Position numbers and translations under genes: made by a program | The notes under the pieces: model-generated | Databases searched by the model: none | Told to the model about the DNA's origin: nothing | Seen by the model: only the letters and a program-made list of their open reading frames with translations | Shown: in pieces, positions 59,981 to 64,000 of the stretch | Numbering within the stretch: position 1 is the first letter of the stretch | Layout: every line of letters starts with the position of its first letter | From: Cladosporium halotolerans | Lineage: Eukaryota | Direction: 5' to 3' | Assembly: GCF_011745625.1 (NCBI RefSeq) | Contig: NW_027191459.1 | Location: 1 to 64,000 of the forward strand | Length of the DNA: 64,000 bases

Positions 59981-60156
59981 GGGCTTGCCTTCAATGCTTG
60001 CTAGCTTGTGAGATGAAAGATCATAAAGATGCGAATAGGATGGATAATCACGTGGCGATAGAAATGAAAGTGTGGTACAAACTCAGAACTCTTAAGGTTT
60101 CGCTTCATGGCTTCAATCTCACTGAGCGTTCTATCAACTCCCCTTTACGGCACAGA

Positions 60157-61297
60157 TCACGTTGACGCCCCGTTAGCCCGCCCCTCCTCAGCAGCCTTCT
60201 TCTCCTCCTTGACCCTCCTCTCCGTCCGCTCACTATACCGATCCGCAAACAGCTCGAAATGCGGCCTCATGACAATCGTATACTTCACAAACTCCTCCAT
60301 GCAGTCGACGACCCGATCCCGATTCCCCAAAGGCATCAGCCTGCTCCCGCCCTCCGCCTTTACTACATCCGTCCCCGCCTCGCACGCGTCGGTAAACTGC
60401 TTGTAGGCCATCGGAACCGATGACTGGTTCGGGATCGCGAACAGGCGCATCCACCGCCCCAGCATCCGCAGCGAGTTGACGGTGTTGAACGACTGCGAGC
60501 CGCCGGAGACTTGCGCGATGGCGAGCGTGCGGCCTTGCGTGGGGCGCACGGAGCCGGTGGAGAGCGGGATCCAGTCGATTTGGTTCTTGAAGACGGCGGT
60601 CTTTGCGCTTAGAGTTAGCTCGGGGGCAAATCGGGGAGGTGGGGTTGAGGGTGGGACGTACGAGGTTGCCGTGCTGCTCGGGCGAGACCCAGACATGGCC
60701 GTCGCTCCAGGTGCTTAGTTGCCGGAGTTCTTGGACTTTGGGGTGGTCTTGCTTCGTGTCGTCTTTTACGGGCAGGTCGGTGGGGTCGAAGACGCGGACG
60801 TCGCAGCCTAGGCGATGCAGGATGCGGGAGCATTCGAAGGCGAGGAGGCGGGAGTAGGATCTTGATATGATGAGCTCGTGTTGATGGAAGCATTGGGGGG
60901 TGGACGGGCCTTACCTTGAACGCAGACTGCCGTACAAGACAAGGACTTTTATGCGGTTGTGGTTGGTGGCTGTGAGATCTGACTGAACCATGCTTTCGAC
61001 CGTGTCTAGTTCTAGTTTTGAGACCCAATCGGTGTTGGCAACATCCTCGTCCAGAAGGAATGGTCGGTATTTGCTGCGGATCGTTGCATCGTCCTCGGAC
61101 TTGGGCACTTGTAGATCAAGTCGACCATTCTTCAGTGGCGTTGTGGACTGTGGCGTAGCCGTGCCATTTAGAGATGATGGCATTGTGCCGCTGTAGGATC
61201 GAAGAGTAGCCCTTGCAGTGAAATAAGGTATCGTGAGTGGCGACTGAAATTGTGATACACGCCTGAAAATGCTCGAGCGAGCAACGCAAGTCACCAT
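60157..61297 (-). CDS. arsH: ArsH-type NADPH-dependent FMN reductase (organoarsenical oxidase family)
   Basis: Motifs [73 protein letters not shown] and DRYSER. Introns at 60861-60914 and 60601-60661. An alternative start lies at 61183. Confidence 0.9.
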
Positions 61298-61982
61298 GTC
61301 AAGAGGCCCAAGAATGACTGCAAGGAAAGGAAGATTGTATCGAGATGAAGCTAGGATCTCGTATCCTCGGAGTCGAGTCCATGGTGTTAATACATCTATC
61401 TCGAAAGAGATTAGAGATTAGGAGCGAACAGATTACGACGGACGAATGAGGGCGTGGCAGCATGTCGCTGGCATGTCACTGCGCTGGGGCGCTGAATTGC
61501 GTCAAAAACGTCGGACGATGGCTAAGCATTCTTCGCTTATTTTCTACAACGTCAGCTCAGGCCTTCACAATGGCAATGTTTATCGGTCATCGATAATCCT
61601 CTAGATCATGTTCCGCCAGCAGAATTGCCGATAGGGACTTCAGCATTGGATCAAAGTTCAGCGCGAGCCTCGCTGAGCGGTTTTCTCAACGCTCATGACG
61701 TCGTCCGGCCCTCGACGGGTCCTTTGTTGCGCTCCAACCATGGCATTCACTTTAGGCTCCCTCCGCGGACTTCACTGCAATGCGAGTGAAAGAAGTGCCG
61801 TGAGTATAAATACATAGACCTCGTTCGCATTTGGTAACAGTCAATCGCTCCGCAACCAACCAACCGAACAACACCACCCAATCAACGGACCAAAAAATAG
61901 TTCCCGAATAAGAACACCAACCCAAAGCATCTACAACCCAAAAAACCCAACGCACAAAGCAACCAGTCAAACTCCAGCCAAC

Positions 61983-62716
61983 ATGCCCCCAACCCGCATC
62001 CACCTCCTCCGCCACGGCCAAGGCCACCACCAACTCCCCCCCACCAGCCAAAACCGCCTCCTCCCCGACCCTGCCCTAACCCCCGCCGGCATCACCAAAT
62101 GCAAGTCCTTCCACGACCGAATCTTCCCGTACGACCGCATCGCCCTCTCCCTCCTCTGCGCCTCCCCCATGCGCCGCGCAATCCAGACCGCAGCCCTCTG
62201 CTTCCCCTCCCCCGCGCCACGCCCTATCATCCTCCTCCCCGACGCGCAGGAAGCGACGGCCCTGCCGTCTGATACTGGGCGGGCCAGGGGCGAGATTGGG
62301 AGCGAGTTTGGAGGGGAGGTGGACGCGGGGTTGGTGGGCGAGGGGTGGAATTCGAATGAGGGGGAGTATGCGGAGACGAAGGAGGCGTTGGGGGAGCGGG
62401 CGAGGAGGCTGAGGGAGTGGTTTTGGGCGTGCGGAGAAGGGGAGGTGGGCGTCGTGGGGCATGGGATGTTTTGGCATTGGGTTACGGGGGAGGTGGATGA
62501 GAGGGGCGAGCAGACTAGTGAGTATCCTTTTCCTTTTTTTTGATTTTGTTTTTTCATGTTGGAATTGGGGAAGGAAAGCCGTGCTGACTTGATCTTTTAG
62601 CGCCCCACTGGGAGAACACGGAGTGGCGGACTTATACGCTTGAGAGGGACGCGAAGGGCGAGGTGGTGATGGTTGAGGAGCAAGAGTCGATCGAGAGGCG
62701 CCGCCTGCCGAATTGA
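61983..62716 (+). CDS. Histidine phosphatase / phosphoglycerate mutase-like protein
   Basis: Motifs IHLLRHGQG, DPALT, ASPMRRAIQTA, AQE..PSDTG and VVGHG. Intron 62518-62600 leads to WENTEWRTY and TGA at 62716. Confidence 0.88.
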
Positions 62717-63001
62717 AAATGAGAATGGGTGTGCGTGTGATTATTACGGAGGCATAGTGCCTTGCTACTGGATTTCATTGGGGCGTCAGGAGCCAGCGCG
62801 TCGGGCGGTCCTGGGTCTTCTGGCCTGAAAGCCACGAGAATTGTTCGTGTCGGGTTGATGCAATGGCTCCTCTTCGATCGAAGGGATTCTTCTGAATTGA
62901 CGCCTTGTTGCGCCTGGCAGCGTCGTCGGGAGCGAATGGTTGCTCTCTGGTATTAGTCTAGATAGCCCTCTAGAATGCGATGACTGCGGTTCACCGGTTT
63001 G

Positions 63002-63957
63002 TCAAAGCCAGCCTCTCTGTCTGCTCGGGGGTCTTTCGCCGCTGTTTCTTCCGTTGCTGAGAGGCCACCCGAGCCCTGCTCTCTGATTGTCCATAGCCAT
63101 GCTCGAGAAGGGGCAGCCGCCGCTTGACCCGGAGTTGTAGGAGAAGTCGTCTAGTGCATCTTTGTTGCGCCCGAGGCTTGTCTTATTGCTGCCCGCGTAT
63201 GACGCAGAGTCTGATACGGTTCGCGAGGCCGATGAGTTGAAGCTCTGTGCGTCAAGGTGTGATGGCTTCAGCTGAGGCGAGCCCGTGTTATGTGCGTGTA
63301 TTACTGGCGACGGGACTGCCGAGGGTGTGTGCAAAGAAGAAGTTTTTGAGCTCGAGCCTATGTTCTCCTCGTTGATGTGCCAGCGCGCAAGGAGATCGTT
63401 TTGGATCCAGATAAGCTTGCCCAGAGCTCGGACGATTGAGATGCGGAGTCGGAGGTCGACGGTTGTGTTGGTCAGGATAGCTTCGGTGAAAGCGTCTTGG
63501 ACAAAGCCCATGCAGATACCAAGGAACATATAGTCGACGTGGAGGGGGTTGCGGCGGCCAGAACCGACATGCATTTCACTGGAAGGAAGTTAGGGCTTAT
63601 CGAGTATGTTCAGGTGTGGACAGGGACGAACCCAACTTTGTCGAGGTACTCCCACTGCGTAAGAATGTCAGTAAGGCTGGACGACAGCTGCGAGGCTGCA
63701 GATACGTACGAATTCTCTCTTGGAAGGATCTTGGTTCAATCTCGTCAAATACCATCGCAAGAAGATCTTGCGGTTCTGAATCGCGGGACTGCCATCTTGA
63801 GGCCAGACAGGAGGATTCTCATCGTCTCGGCTATCGCGGGTGGAGAACACGCGAGCGGTGATGTCGTGTTGCAAGAGCTTGCTGTACACGGCGTTGACGA
63901 TGTCGGGGATGACAAGGCGAACGAGGTCTTGGCCACGCTCGAGAGCGGCGAGGTCAC
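63002..63957 (-). CDS. Protoglobin / globin-sensor domain protein (5' end outside the window)
   Basis: Spliced frame ...VNAVYSKLLQHDITARVF...RKIFLRWYLTRL...F|WEYLDKVG|EMHVGSGRRNPLHVDY...ALGKLIWIQNDLLARWH, the fungal protoglobin pattern with the proximal His in MHVG. Ser-rich tail containing GCPFS. Confidence 0.8.
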
Positions 63958-64000
63958 CTGGCCAGCTATGAGTAACGGGAGTGGGTAGCGAGAAACGGTG

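Overview
A gene-dense window of a filamentous ascomycete nuclear genome, with short GT-AG introns and CTRAC branch points; Dothideomycete-like origin is my inference. It holds about 22 protein-coding genes. The housekeeping set is an eIF4E-binding protein, Uba2, sulfite reductase beta subunit, an Nrc-2/Fpk1 kinase, a queuosine salvage hydrolase, hamartin/TSC1 and mitochondrial RNA polymerase. The accessory set is an MDR dehydrogenase, a CBM18 plus lysozyme-like secreted protein, a WSC mucin-like protein, a Zn2Cys6 factor, a TAP-like hydrolase, a pseudokinase, a GH1 gene with one internal stop, ArsH, a histidine phosphatase and a partial protoglobin. There are two tRNA genes. The standout is an initiator tRNA-Met gene at 50661-50788 (+). 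It is split in the D-stem by a 56-nt insert with all the hallmarks of a spliceosomal U2-type intron (GTAAGT...CTAAC...TAG), and the insert carries its own Pol III B-box-like motif. Removing the insert gives a perfect 72-nt tRNA-iMet cloverleaf. No transposons or CRISPR arrays were recognised. All exon boundaries were read by eye and have not been verified against transcripts.
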